Assembly: GCA_948502395.1 (NCBI GenBank)
Contig: CAOPES010000009.1
Span: forward strand, 1,980-65,979
DNA length: 64,000 nt
Direction of reading: 5' to 3'
From: an uncultured Clostridia bacterium
GTDB taxonomy: Bacteria; Bacillota; Clostridia; TANB77; CAG-508
In this document: piece after piece, positions 11,199 through 21,292 of the stretch
Position numbering within the stretch: position 1 is the first letter of the stretch
Layout of the letters: each line of letters begins with the position of its first letter
Made by a program: the position numbers and the translations under genes
The notes under the pieces: generated by a model
Database searches by the model: none
What the model was told of the DNA's origin: nothing
The model's input: only the letters and a program-made list of their open reading frames with translations

Positions 11199-11777
11199 TT
11201 AATTTTTAATTTTTCTTATTATTGCTATTATAATAATTAAAAGTGCTATCGCTCCTGCAATACAGCTAATTATTATGGCTATATTTTTTTGCAACTCTTG
11301 TTTTTTTGCTTGTTCTTCTTTTGCCTTTGCTTCTTCATCTACCAAGCTTTTATTTACTGTTAGTTGATATGTTGCAACATTGTCTCCATTATGTTCTGAA
11401 ACTAAAATTGTAATTAGATTTTCTCCTTCTTTCAAATTGTTATTTCCTATTACTTCTGTTTCATAATAACTTTCAGTTGTTGTAATCTCTATTGGCAAGC
11501 TTGTTTCTTCTCCTATATATTTTACTGTATATTCATATTTTTCAGTATTAAATTCAGGTGATATTTCTGCCCCTTCAATTTTTAGACTTTCTATACCTTC
11601 TGCCACGTCCTCATCTTCTATATTTCTTGTACTTTTTGATGTTGTATTTTTTGTGCTATTGCTAGAATTTGCTTTATTTGTATTTGCTGCATATGAGATA
11701 TTTCCTATTGTTATTATAATTATCATTAATATTGCTAGTACTAATTTATTTACTTTCATTATTTTTCTTCCCTTCAA
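11199..11777 (-). CDS. secreted and anchored protein with a cadherin-like beta-sandwich domain
   Basis: Signal peptide, then LKIEGAEISPEFNTEKYEYTVKY...YQLTV (cadherin-like fold), then a C-terminal TM anchor. Confidence 0.5.
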   Translation of the reverse strand: MKGRKIMKVNKLVLAILMIIIITIGNISYAANTNKANSSNSTKNTTSKSTRNIEDEDVAEGIESLKIEGAEISPEFNTEKYEYTVKYIGEETSLPIEITTTESYYETEVIGNNNLKEGENLITILVSEHNGDNVATYQLTVNKSLVDEEAKAKEEQAKKQELQKNIAIIISCIAGAIALLIIIIAIIRKIKN

Positions 11778-11795
11778 TAAAAACTCCTATATAGA

Positions 11796-11862
11796 GATGT
11801 GTCCCAAAATGGACAAAATGTCCAAAAGGAAACGTCCCCAACTGTCCCTAACGGTCCCCAAT
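11796..11862. repeat. GGGGAC-family repeat, GTCC/GGAC type (type C)
   Basis: gatgtgtcccaaaatggacaaaatgtccaaaaggaaacgtccccaactgtccctaacggtcccca. Also at 36111, and reversed at 39218 and 46962. Confidence 0.85.
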
Positions 11863-11966
11863 ATATCATTTTTTGCTTTTTTAGTCAATATTTTTTTCGA
11901 CATTTGTTTACACTTTTTCCATTAAATGATATACTAAACTTAATATATAAAACGGGGTGACAAAAG

Positions 11967-14426
11967 ATGATTGATTTACTTTCTCCTGTTGGAGATTTTG
12001 AGAGTTTAAAAGCTGCTGTGCAAAATGGTGCAGATAGTGTTTATTTTGGGGCTAATTTATTTAGTGCTAGGGCTTTTGCTCATAATTTTGATTTGGAACA
12101 ACTGGAAAAGGCGATTTTATATGCAAAATTACGTGGTGTGAAAACTAATTTAACTTTAAATACTTTAATTAAGGATTCTGAGTTTGAAGATGCTATCAAT
12201 TTAGCAAGTAAAGCTTATGAGTTTGGTATAGATGCTATAATTGTTCAAGATTTAGGGTTAGCTAAAAAGTTAATAAAGATGTTTCCTGATTTACCAATTC
12301 ACGGTAGCACACAAATGACTGTGCATAACTTGAATGGTGCTTTGGAGCTACAAGAACTTGGTTTTAAAAGGGTTGTTCTTTCCAGAGAGCTTTCTGCTAA
12401 TGAAATCGAATATATAACTAAAAATTCTGATATTGAAATTGAGTGTTTTGCTCATGGTGCATTGTGTATTTCTTATTCTGGACAATGCTTGTTTTCTAGT
12501 ATGCTTGGTGGGCGTTCTGGAAATCGTGGTAAATGTGCTGGCCCTTGCCGTTTGCCTTATGAATTGCTTGAAAATGATAAGAAAATAGATAGTGGTTATT
12601 TGCTTAGTACAAGGGATTTATGCAGTTTAGATTTTATTCCATTTTTTATAAAAGCTGGTGTTACTTGTTTAAAAATTGAAGGTCGAATGAAGTCTTCGGA
12701 ATATGTTGCAACAGTGACTAGAATTTATAGAAAGTATATTGATTTAGCTTTATCTGATGAAGATTATGTGGTTGAAAAGCAAGATAGAAAAGAGTTAATG
12801 CAAGTTTTTAACCGTGGCATGTCTTCTACTGGGCATTTAGATAATTTGGAAAATAAACATTTGGTTTTTAAAGATAAACCTAATAATATGGGATTACTTT
12901 TAGGAACTGTGTCTAAATTTAACAAAAATAAAGGATATATCACTTTAAAACTAAAAGAACCTATCTGTGTTGGAGATACTGTTTCTCTACAAAACGAAAC
13001 TGGAAGTTATACTGTTTCTGAACTTATGGTTGATAATAAAAATATTACAGAGACAAAGGTTGGCCAACTTGTTACTATTGGAAGGATGAAAGGTAATATT
13101 TCTGCTGGAGATAAAATTTATAAAATGTCTTCCAAAGAATTATCAACTAGGGCTAAAGAAAGTTATAAAAAAGAAAATAGAAAAATTCCTTTAAATTGCG
13201 AAGTAACAATAAAAAAATCAAAACCTATTTCAATAGCTATTACTTCTGCCTGCAATTGTTTAGAATATAAGAATTTATCTATAACTTGCTCTTTGGATGT
13301 AATTCCAGAAGAAGCAAAAAATAGACCTTTAAATATTGATACTGTGGTAAGCCAGATTTCAAAAACTGCTTCTACCCCATATGAGTTTAAAAATATTAAA
13401 GTGAATTTGGATGATAATGCTTTTTTACCAAAGCTAAGTACTTTGAATGAATTGCGAAGAACTGCTCTTGAAAATGTAGAAAGTTTTGCAACATCAAAAA
13501 TTCATAGAAATCTGCCACAAGAAGCTTCAATTTCTTTGTCTGAACAGAGAAATATAGAACTTTTAAATGAAATGAGAGCTTTTAAGACCGCTTCAACTAA
13601 GCCTAATAATTACAAAATCACTGTTCTTTTGAATTTATTGAATTTGGATTTTGATTATTCTAAGTTGAAGAATATTGATGATGTTTATATTCCTTTAAAA
13701 TATTTTACAAATAGAAAATATGATAATATTTTAAAAATAATTAGTCAAAAATTTGATACTTATGTGTATATGCCAACAATTGTTAAGGGCAATTATAAAA
13801 ATCTTTTGTATGCAAATATTGAAATGGCTATTCAAAAATATCAAATAAAGGGATTTGTTATTTCTAATATTTGTAATGTAAAGCTATTGCATGATTTGTT
13901 TGAAGATTTGGACCAAAATTTTAAGATTGTTACAAATTATACTTTTAACGTGTTCAATTCTCACTCTGTATTAGAGCTTAAAAAGCTTGGTGTTAGTAGG
14001 TTTACATTGTCTCCTGAATTGGACAAACCAACTATTGACGCTCTTGGAAATTTTGGATATTTACAAAAAGAGTTGATTGTTTATGGCAGAACTCCTGTGC
14101 TTAATATGAATTATTGCCTTCTTGGTGGTACAAATAGGTGCTATCCTGATTGCAAGGCTAGGTGTACTTCAAATAATAGATATTTTTTAAAGGATAGGTT
14201 GAATATGAAGTTTCCTATTTTGCCTGATAATATTCAGACTGTTACTACTGTTTATAATAGTAAGGTTACTTCTATTGTTCCTTCTGATTTTAATATTGAT
14301 TTTGCTAGGATTGATGTTTTGTATGAAAGTGTTGATGAGATTAATGACATTATTTCTACTGTTAAGTCTGGTAAAAGATTTGAAGGTAAAGATTATACAA
14401 ACGGGAATTTAAATAGAGAGATTTAA
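11967..14426 (+). CDS. peptidase U32 family protein (collagenase-like, long form with DUF3656)
   Basis: LLSPVGDFESLKAAVQNGADSVYFG, ECFAHGALCISYSGQCLFS, and E..GR.K (U32 motifs). Confidence 0.85.
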   Translation: MIDLLSPVGDFESLKAAVQNGADSVYFGANLFSARAFAHNFDLEQLEKAILYAKLRGVKTNLTLNTLIKDSEFEDAINLASKAYEFGIDAIIVQDLGLAKKLIKMFPDLPIHGSTQMTVHNLNGALELQELGFKRVVLSRELSANEIEYITKNSDIEIECFAHGALCISYSGQCLFSSMLGGRSGNRGKCAGPCRLPYELLENDKKIDSGYLLSTRDLCSLDFIPFFIKAGVTCLKIEGRMKSSEYVATVTRIYRKYIDLALSDEDYVVEKQDRKELMQVFNRGMSSTGHLDNLENKHLVFKDKPNNMGLLLGTVSKFNKNKGYITLKLKEPICVGDTVSLQNETGSYTVSELMVDNKNITETKVGQLVTIGRMKGNISAGDKIYKMSSKELSTRAKESYKKENRKIPLNCEVTIKKSKPISIAITSACNCLEYKNLSITCSLDVIPEEAKNRPLNIDTVVSQISKTASTPYEFKNIKVNLDDNAFLPKLSTLNELRRTALENVESFATSKIHRNLPQEASISLSEQRNIELLNEMRAFKTASTKPNNYKITVLLNLLNLDFDYSKLKNIDDVYIPLKYFTNRKYDNILKIISQKFDTYVYMPTIVKGNYKNLLYANIEMAIQKYQIKGFVISNICNVKLLHDLFEDLDQNFKIVTNYTFNVFNSHSVLELKKLGVSRFTLSPELDKPTIDALGNFGYLQKELIVYGRTPVLNMNYCLLGGTNRCYPDCKARCTSNNRYFLKDRLNMKFPILPDNIQTVTTVYNSKVTSIVPSDFNIDFARIDVLYESVDEINDIISTVKSGKRFEGKDYTNGNLNREI

Positions 14427-14436
14427 ATTTGTTATA

Positions 14437-14472
14437 AAAGAAGTAGAGTTATATAACTCTACTTCTCTTTTA
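14437..14472. terminator. bidirectional intrinsic terminator hairpin between convergent genes
   Basis: aaaagaagtagagtt-atata-aactctacttctctttt: a 12-bp stem with A/T runs on both sides. Confidence 0.55.
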
Positions 14473-14481
14473 TACCATATA

Positions 14482-14796
14482 TTAGACTTGCTTACTACTC
14501 AAATCAATTATCAAATCCATATTATCATCTTTTGCAGCCTTATTTTTTCTAATAGCTCCACACTTTTTACATCTAAAAACAATAACATATCCCTTCTTTG
14601 GGCTAATCTCTAAGCTAACTGGCTCTAAATCGCCATGACATTCTTCTTGTCTATCTCCTGGATTTTTATCAACATGCTTAGAATGCAAACAATGTGGACA
14701 ATGGTTTCTACATGAATATTCTAATTTTGGCACTTTTCTTTTGCAATTGTCACATATAAATTCTTCGTCTATTTCTGTAAAATTTCTACTTTTCAT
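14482..14796 (-). CDS. RNHCP domain protein (Cys-rich zinc-ribbon-like)
   Basis: CDNCKRK...CRNHCPHCLHSKH...CKKCG. Confidence 0.55.
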   Translation of the reverse strand: MKSRNFTEIDEEFICDNCKRKVPKLEYSCRNHCPHCLHSKHVDKNPGDRQEECHGDLEPVSLEISPKKGYVIVFRCKKCGAIRKNKAAKDDNMDLIIDLSSKQV

Positions 14797-14843
14797 TTTA
14801 TTTTCCTTTCAAAAACCTGATACCAGGAATGCCACTAGAGATG

Positions 14844-14930
14844 GTCCTATTCGGCAAGTTCGTGCTACTAAGGTCTGTCCCCAGTGGCAAAAAATTGCCA
14901 AAAAGGTCCGTCCCTTTTGGCAATTTTCTA
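14844..14930. repeat. GGGGAC-family repeat (type B)
   Basis: aaggtctgtccccagtggcaaaaaattgccaaaaaggtccgtcccttttggcaattttc. Confidence 0.85.
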
Positions 14931-16568
14931 ATATTTAAAATTTCCGCCACCCATAAATTCTTTTAGTAATGAATTTGTTGGTACATATTCAGGTGGTATC
15001 TCTCTTATATATTTAAGCATTTCCAAAAGTCTCTGTGCTTCTGCAAATTCAGGTTCATCTTGCTTTATTTCTTCAAGTACTGGTTTTGCTACATTTTTTA
15101 GCACTCCAAGCTCATAAATTAATGATGTATTAAATATTGCATCTGCTGATTCTTGGAATGGGAATATGTTTTCTACTTCTCCTTTTCCTACACTTGGCCA
15201 ACCTTCTATGGTACGTTTTGCTGAATATCCCCTAAATTGATAATCTCTTACTATTCTTCTTATTAGTCTGATATCTGCTGCTGATATTTTTGTGTATCTG
15301 TCCATATTTAATACTTTTAACGCACTTATGTATATTTTAAATTTTTGTTCTTGTGGTATTTTGCTTGTTAGTTTGTCATTTAAACAATGTATTCCTTCTA
15401 TTACTAGCACTTCGTCTTCATGAAGTTTTATTTTATTGCCATTGTATTTTTTTGTTCCTTCAATAAAGTCAAATTGTGGCATTTCAACTTCTTCTCCATT
15501 TAAAAGTCTAGTTAAATGGTCATTGAATAATTCTAGGTCTATTGCTTCTATACATTCAAAATTGTATTTACCATTTTCATCTTTTGGATTGTCTTTTCTT
15601 TCTACAAAGTAATTGTCTACTGATATTGTTACTGGTTTTATTTTGTTTATTCTTAATTGTATTCCTAATCTTTGTGCAAATGTTGTTTTTCCAGATGATG
15701 ATGGTCCTGCTATTAATATCATTTTTATTTTTCTGTCTCTTGCTATTTGGTCTGCAATATTAGCAATTTTCTTTTCGTGTAAAGCTTCGTCTAACATTAT
15801 TATGTCTTTTATTTTGTCTTCTTCCACAGCATAATTTAATCTATATACTGTGTTAATGTGTAATATTTTGTGGATATCATTATATTCGTGAAGTGCCCAT
15901 TTTATTTTCTTGTTTTGAATTACTACTGGCATTTCTTCTGGATTTTCTTTTCCTGGATATCTTAATAATATTCCACCTTTGTATTTTATTACTTCAAATA
16001 GTTTAATTGCATTTGTATTTGTTGCAAGTATTCCATAACAATAATTGAAGTAATCTTCACAAAAGTTCATATGGATTTCTTGGTTTGTTTCTAATTCATA
16101 TTGAACTTTTCCCCTTAATGTGTTTTCTCTTTCAAAGAATTCTGCTGCTTCTTCTCTTGTCATTATTATTTCTGTTATTGGCACACTTCTTTTTATTAAA
16201 TCTTTCATTTTGTTATTTATTTTTTTAACTAATTCATCTGTTACTCTAATTTTTCCTAAGTCACAATAAATAGCATTTGTTAATTGATAGTTTACTGCTG
16301 TTTCATTGTCTGGGTACATTTCTCTTAAAACTTTTGCTAACATAAATATTAGTGTTCTTTTATATACTCTGATTCCTTCTTTTGTAGTCATATCAATTAA
16401 TTTGATTTCTCCATCTACATCTATCTTTTTATCTAAACTTACATATCTATTATTATATACTGCTAACATAATTTGATATCTGCTTTTTTCAATCTCTTCC
16501 TTGAAAGCTTCTTTTATTGTTTCATTTTTATTTATCTCTAGTATTTTATCTTGATATTTTATTTTCAT
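14928..16568 (-). CDS. uridine kinase-family nucleoside kinase with N-terminal TGS-like extension
   Basis: P-loop IAGPSSSGKTTFAQRL and the uridine kinase/PRK fold (DNYF...E.IHCLNDKL), about 546 aa. Confidence 0.6.
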   Translation of the reverse strand: MKIKYQDKILEINKNETIKEAFKEEIEKSRYQIMLAVYNNRYVSLDKKIDVDGEIKLIDMTTKEGIRVYKRTLIFMLAKVLREMYPDNETAVNYQLTNAIYCDLGKIRVTDELVKKINNKMKDLIKRSVPITEIIMTREEAAEFFERENTLRGKVQYELETNQEIHMNFCEDYFNYCYGILATNTNAIKLFEVIKYKGGILLRYPGKENPEEMPVVIQNKKIKWALHEYNDIHKILHINTVYRLNYAVEEDKIKDIIMLDEALHEKKIANIADQIARDRKIKMILIAGPSSSGKTTFAQRLGIQLRINKIKPVTISVDNYFVERKDNPKDENGKYNFECIEAIDLELFNDHLTRLLNGEEVEMPQFDFIEGTKKYNGNKIKLHEDEVLVIEGIHCLNDKLTSKIPQEQKFKIYISALKVLNMDRYTKISAADIRLIRRIVRDYQFRGYSAKRTIEGWPSVGKGEVENIFPFQESADAIFNTSLIYELGVLKNVAKPVLEEIKQDEPEFAEAQRLLEMLKYIREIPPEYVPTNSLLKEFMGGGNFKY

Positions 16569-16657
16569 AAAATTCCTCCTTGTATGTTTTTTATTTGACT
16601 TATGCTGTCACCGCTTTCTTATTTTATCTTAAAAACTTGCATAAGTCAAATTTTTAT

Positions 16658-16690
16658 GATGTTTTTAGGAACGGAGCAAAAAAACATCAT
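16658..16690. repeat. GGGGAC-family repeat (GATGTTTTT type)
   Basis: gatgtttttaggaacggagcaaaaaaacatcat. Confidence 0.7.
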
Positions 16691-16754
16691 TTGGTTATAT
16701 ATTTATTTTATCTTGGATATACTTTAACTAAGATATGTTTTTAGGAGGTATTTT

Positions 16755-16928
16755 ATGAATTTAGATAAAATTAACTTTATTTTAAATAATGATGAAAAGT
16801 GTGATGTTTTTTGCGATAATAGATGTGTTTGGATTCAAAGTATAGATGAAACTAGCCAAATGGCTAAGGTTGGCTTTGTTGATAATTTTGAAGAACGTGA
16901 TGTACCTATTAATGATTTATACTTCTAA
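16755..16928 (+). CDS. sspH: small acid-soluble spore protein, H-type (57 aa)
   Basis: AGGAGG RBS at 16744. MNLDKINFILNNDEKCDVFCDNRCVWIQSIDETSQMAKVGFVDNFEERDVPINDLYF resembles B. subtilis SspH (IYIQHVDEQNETARIFPLDNPNNEQSVPLSDL). Below the ORF-track cutoff. Confidence 0.6.
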   Translation: MNLDKINFILNNDEKCDVFCDNRCVWIQSIDETSQMAKVGFVDNFEERDVPINDLYF

Positions 16929-16935
16929 TGCTTTT

Positions 16936-17040
16936 GGGTGTTTTTGGGGACAGTCCTTAAAAACACCCCTTTTTTACTTTTTAATTAAATTGATTTGCTT
17001 TGCTTTAAGGTGTTTTTAAGGTCTGTCCCCAAAAACACCC
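16936..17040. repeat. inverted pair of type-A GGGGAC hairpin repeats (about 40-nt spacer) between convergent genes
   Basis: gggtgtttttggggacagtccttaaaaacacccc ... ggtgtttttaaggtctgtccccaaaaacaccc. Confidence 0.85.
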
Positions 17041-17491
17041 AAAAGCATCCTACAAGAACACCTAGTGTATCAATAATAACATCAGTTATCATTGCACTTC
17101 TGCCGGGTATAAAAAGTTGATGTATTTCGTCCGAACTTGCATATATAATTCCAGTTATTAAACTTATTGCAATTCTATCAAATTTCTTTATTTCGTAAGT
17201 ATTCATTAATAACATCATTAATATTCCCACTACCATATATATTGAAAAATGAGCTAATTTTCTTATTACTTTTTCTATTTGTCCTAGAACTTCTTCTTGT
17301 TTATTTTTATCTAGTTCTTGAATTTTCTTAACATTTTTAGTTACTGCTGTTGTTATTTTTCTGCTTATTCCACTTGATTTTTCTCCATTTTGGTTTGAAA
17401 ATCTAAATATTTGAAAAAATGTTAATATAAGCAAAATTATAAGTATTGCTCTTTTTATATTGATATTTATTTTCATTTGCTTTTTCTCCAA
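16985..17491 (-). CDS. VanZ family membrane protein
   Basis: HFSIYMVVG...SDEIHQLFIPGRSAMITDVIIDTLG. The C-terminal 20 aa (FLGTDLKNTL...) read through repeat A4. Confidence 0.6.
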   Translation of the reverse strand: MEKKQMKININIKRAILIILLILTFFQIFRFSNQNGEKSSGISRKITTAVTKNVKKIQELDKNKQEEVLGQIEKVIRKLAHFSIYMVVGILMMLLMNTYEIKKFDRIAISLITGIIYASSDEIHQLFIPGRSAMITDVIIDTLGVLVGCFWVFLGTDLKNTLKQSKSI

Positions 17492-17538
17492 TGTTATAAT
17501 TTTTTTGTAAGATAAAGCAAGGTATGAAACTACCCTGC

Positions 17539-18249
17539 TTATATTTCTATATCTTCATTATTTAATACCTTTTGCGGATTTACTGTTGAAATTTGTTCTA
17601 ATTCTTCTTCTGATATGATTTTTCTTAATTTTTTAAGTATTTTAGGCATTTTAGTGTAAATTTGCTCTACTGTATGAACGTCTGAGCCAAAAAATTGAAT
17701 TAAGCCTTCTTCTAATAGTTTCTTTTGAGTTTTTTGTGCTTTTTTTCCATACATTCCAATACTACTACCATAATTTGATTGAAATAGAACTCCCATGTCT
17801 GCTAGTTCTCGTACATATTCTATATTTTCTTTGACGTATTCATATCTTTCTGGATGTGCAATTATTGGTACATATCCTTTTTCCATTAACCTAAATACTA
17901 CTTCTTTTACATCCATTGCTTTTGTATTCATTGGTAATTCAAATAAAACATATTTTGAATTATTTATTGTTGATGCTTTCTTTTCGGATAATAAGTCTGT
18001 CATTTGGTTTGTTATATATATTTCATTTCCAAGATATAATTCTATACCTTGGAAATTTTCTTTAATTTCTTTTAACAGTTTTGTTCTTTGTTCTTCATTT
18101 GCTTCATAGTATCCATCTATATAATGTGATGTTGATATTATTTTTGTAAATCCTGCTTTTTGGGCTTCTTTTAATATATGTATTGTCTCATTTAAACTTC
18201 TAGAACCGTCGTCTATATTAGGCAATATGTGTGAGTGAATGTCTATCAT
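17539..18249 (-). CDS. cpsB: capsular polysaccharide tyrosine-protein phosphatase (PHP family, CpsB/YwqE-like)
   Basis: MIDIHSHILPNIDDGS...AHPERY...GSDVH. Confidence 0.8.
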   Translation of the reverse strand: MIDIHSHILPNIDDGSRSLNETIHILKEAQKAGFTKIISTSHYIDGYYEANEEQRTKLLKEIKENFQGIELYLGNEIYITNQMTDLLSEKKASTINNSKYVLFELPMNTKAMDVKEVVFRLMEKGYVPIIAHPERYEYVKENIEYVRELADMGVLFQSNYGSSIGMYGKKAQKTQKKLLEEGLIQFFGSDVHTVEQIYTKMPKILKKLRKIISEEELEQISTVNPQKVLNNEDIEI

Positions 18250-18266
18250 ATTTTACCACCTTTGTA

Positions 18267-19079
18267 TTATTTTGTATCATTTTTTTCTTTCATTTCTCTT
18301 TCTTTATTTATCATTTCGATTGCCATATTTACTTGTTCATCCATTTTTGCGTCATATTTATAGTCCATTTTAGTTCTTGAAGATTTTGATGTTGAAGCAT
18401 AATAATATGTGTCATTATATTTTTTAGCTGATACTGGAATTTTATTATATACTATTCCAGCAATGTTTCCACCAACATTTTTTATGTCTCTTACAACTTT
18501 TTCTAAATCATCTTTTTGAGTTTGGTTATGAGCTGTAACAACAATTGTGGAATCTACTATTCTAGATAATATTACAGAGTCTGTAACTAATTTTGATGGT
18601 GTACTATCTATTATTATTAAGTCACATTGTTTTTTCAAATCTTCAATTAGGTCAAGCATTCTAGTTGTTACTAACAATTCAGAAGGGTTTGGTGGTATGC
18701 TTCCTGCTGGCATTACACATAAGTTTGGAATTTCCAATGTTCTTATATATTCTGACCAATGCATACTGTTTTCGCCATCTTCCATTCCAGAAAGATAATT
18801 TGATAATCCTGGTCTTGGCAATATTCCAAATATGCTATATTGTCTACCTTTTCTCATATCTGCATCTATTAATATTACTCTTTTTCCTGCTTGCGCAAAT
18901 GTTACAGCTAAGTTTGATGCTACCCAACTTTTTCCTTCTCCTGGCATTGTTGAAGTTACTAGTAATGTTTCTAGTTTCTTATTTGAGTTCATAAATTGTA
19001 TATTTGTTCTTAGTGTTCTAAAAGTCTCAGAAACAGGAGATTTCGGGTCTCTATGTGCTATTAATTCTTTTTTTATCAT
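18267..19079 (-). CDS. cpsD: capsular tyrosine-protein kinase (BY-kinase, CpsD/YwqD-like)
   Basis: Walker A (STMPGEGKSWVASNLA), ILIDADMRKG, and a C-terminal Tyr-rich tail. Confidence 0.8.
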   Translation of the reverse strand: MIKKELIAHRDPKSPVSETFRTLRTNIQFMNSNKKLETLLVTSTMPGEGKSWVASNLAVTFAQAGKRVILIDADMRKGRQYSIFGILPRPGLSNYLSGMEDGENSMHWSEYIRTLEIPNLCVMPAGSIPPNPSELLVTTRMLDLIEDLKKQCDLIIIDSTPSKLVTDSVILSRIVDSTIVVTAHNQTQKDDLEKVVRDIKNVGGNIAGIVYNKIPVSAKKYNDTYYYASTSKSSRTKMDYKYDAKMDEQVNMAIEMINKEREMKEKNDTK

Positions 19080-19798
19080 TATCTTCTGCCTCCTTTACGT
19101 TTTACTTTATCTTCTACATTATCATAAACTGGTATTGATGCTATTACAGTTAGTCCTGTTACTTTTTCAATATCTTCTGATGATTTTATTGTTGTGTCTA
19201 ACATATTTACTAGTAATACATACATAAAGGCAACTACTATTCCTGCTGCTGCAAATATAATTACATCTTTTGTATGGTTTATGTTGCTTGGTGCTTCTTC
19301 AACTTCTGCTTCATCTACAACGTGTACGTTTTCTATTCCATAATATTCTTTTACTGTTGCTATAAACACTTTTGCTATTTCGTTTGCTATTTTTGATGAT
19401 AGTGCTGGGTCTTCGTTTCTTACTGTTATTTTTATTACTTCTGTGTCTGTTATATCTGTTACACTTATATTTTTTCTTATTTTCTCTTCTTGGTCTGCTT
19501 CTAAACTTAAATTTGATATAACTTTTCTTATTATTTTATTACTTTTTACTAATTCGCTATATGTTGATACTAATTTTGAGTTGATTGTTACATCTGTTGT
19601 TGTTATTGATTCTGCGCCTTCTGTTCCTTTTGATGAGTTTGTTGCTAGTAATAGTTTTGTTGAACTATCATATTTTGGTGTTACAAATGCTAGTGTATAT
19701 ATAACTCCAATTACTATAAAAATCGCTGTTATTAATATTATTTCTAGTTTCTTTTCCCAAAATATTTGTAGTAATTCTTTTAAATCTAGTTCTTCCAT
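19079..19798 (-). CDS. cpsC: polysaccharide chain-length determinant (Wzz/CpsC-like)
   Basis: Two TM helices flanking a periplasmic domain. Overlaps the cpsD start by 1 nt. Confidence 0.7.
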   Translation of the reverse strand: MEELDLKELLQIFWEKKLEIILITAIFIVIGVIYTLAFVTPKYDSSTKLLLATNSSKGTEGAESITTTDVTINSKLVSTYSELVKSNKIIRKVISNLSLEADQEEKIRKNISVTDITDTEVIKITVRNEDPALSSKIANEIAKVFIATVKEYYGIENVHVVDEAEVEEAPSNINHTKDVIIFAAAGIVVAFMYVLLVNMLDTTIKSSEDIEKVTGLTVIASIPVYDNVEDKVKRKGGRR

Positions 19799-19808
19799 TT
19801 TCTCCCCC

Positions 19809-20654
19809 TTATTCTTTCGTTACTTTATCCTTTTTATTTTTTGCAATTGCTGTCATTATTGAATAGATAATAATCAACATTATTGCTATTATTAGCGTTA
19901 TTGTACCTAGTGTTTGTACTTTACTTATTATGTCTTGTATTATTGTAACTATTGTTTTTGAAAAAGCATCATTAAATATTTTTATTCCTGCTATGTCAAC
20001 TTTGCTTGTTACTATATTACAAGCTATTATTTCAAAAATTGAGCTACTTAATAGTGAAATTCCTATTGCTTGTACAAATTTTGATATTTGTTTTATGCTT
20101 ATTATTAGTATTAATAATAGTTCTATACAAATTGCTATAATTGTTGCTGTACGTACTTTATTTAAAATATTTACTGTTTTGTTATATGTATTATGTATTT
20201 TGTTTTCATATTCTGTATGTATTAATGTGTTTTCATATTCTTCACATATATGTTTTATGAATTGGTCAATTGCTTCTGAATTCTTTTTGTTTCTTACATT
20301 TAGTTTATCAATATTTTTATTTAGATTGTCTTTTATTGGTGTTGTATCTATTTTTTTGTTTGTTCCTTCATATATGTTTGATAACATTATATTTATATCT
20401 TGTTCTACTTTTTCTTTTGAACAAATATTGTTTAGTGTTGTTTCATCTAGTCCTGATTGATATATATAATTTTCAAAATTTGATTCTACTAATTTGTATA
20501 CTTCTCCATAAAAGTTTGTTTCTTCTAGTTTGCTTATTATATAGTTTTTGTCTAGAATTGTAGAAGAAACTATTGTAATTAGCGATATTGCTATTATGCA
20601 TATTGTAAGTATTGCTATTAGTATAAATCTTGCTATATTGGCTATAATTTTCAT
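19809..20654 (-). CDS. hypothetical membrane protein (N- and C-terminal TM segments)
   Basis: ORF only. Co-oriented immediately downstream of the sortase gene. Confidence 0.35.
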   Translation of the reverse strand: MKIIANIARFILIAILTICIIAISLITIVSSTILDKNYIISKLEETNFYGEVYKLVESNFENYIYQSGLDETTLNNICSKEKVEQDINIMLSNIYEGTNKKIDTTPIKDNLNKNIDKLNVRNKKNSEAIDQFIKHICEEYENTLIHTEYENKIHNTYNKTVNILNKVRTATIIAICIELLLILIISIKQISKFVQAIGISLLSSSIFEIIACNIVTSKVDIAGIKIFNDAFSKTIVTIIQDIISKVQTLGTITLIIAIMLIIIYSIMTAIAKNKKDKVTKE

Positions 20655-20668
20655 TTTCTATTCCCCTT

Positions 20669-21292
20669 CTACTTTTCTAGTTCTGCATATACAACATACC
20701 TTTGTGTTGTGTATCCTATGTTGTTAAATGGATAACATGTGTATACCATTAAGATTTCTTTTTCGTCTTGTATTGGTAATTTGTCTAAATCTGTTTCTTT
20801 TATTAATTTCATGTCGTATATTTTATATGTATATTCACCATATGTTGTGGTTACTTTTATTTCGTTTCCTATTTGTAATTCGGAAAATCTTCTGAATGTA
20901 TTTTTTGAATTATGCCCCATGTATACTATTGAGCCACCTTCACCTGGAAAATAGCTACCACTTGAATGTCCTACTCCTTTTTTTAGTACTTCTAATGTAT
21001 CTCCAAAATATACTGGTAGGTTTACTCCTATTTTGTCTATTTCTATTGTGGCATATTTTGTTCCGTATTCTGGATAATTTTTTAGTTTGTTTGTTTCTCC
21101 TATTGTTGTTTGTTCTTGTGCTTTGTTTTCGTTTATTGTTATTGATACTTTATTTACTAATGAAAAAATTTCTCCTATTTCTTGCCCTAAAAATAGGTAT
21201 ATTACAAGTATTAGTGCCCCTGTAATAAATAAAGCAACTATTATACTACTAATAGTTGCTTTTACTGCTTGTGTTAATTTATTATTTTGCAT
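20669..21292 (-). CDS. sortase (class B/D-like)
   Basis: N-terminal TM, VYMGHNSKNTFRRFSELQIGNEI (His and Leu-Gly region) and the catalytic LMVYTCYP (TLxTC-like). Confidence 0.7.
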   Translation of the reverse strand: MQNNKLTQAVKATISSIIVALFITGALILVIYLFLGQEIGEIFSLVNKVSITINENKAQEQTTIGETNKLKNYPEYGTKYATIEIDKIGVNLPVYFGDTLEVLKKGVGHSSGSYFPGEGGSIVYMGHNSKNTFRRFSELQIGNEIKVTTTYGEYTYKIYDMKLIKETDLDKLPIQDEKEILMVYTCYPFNNIGYTTQRYVVYAELEK

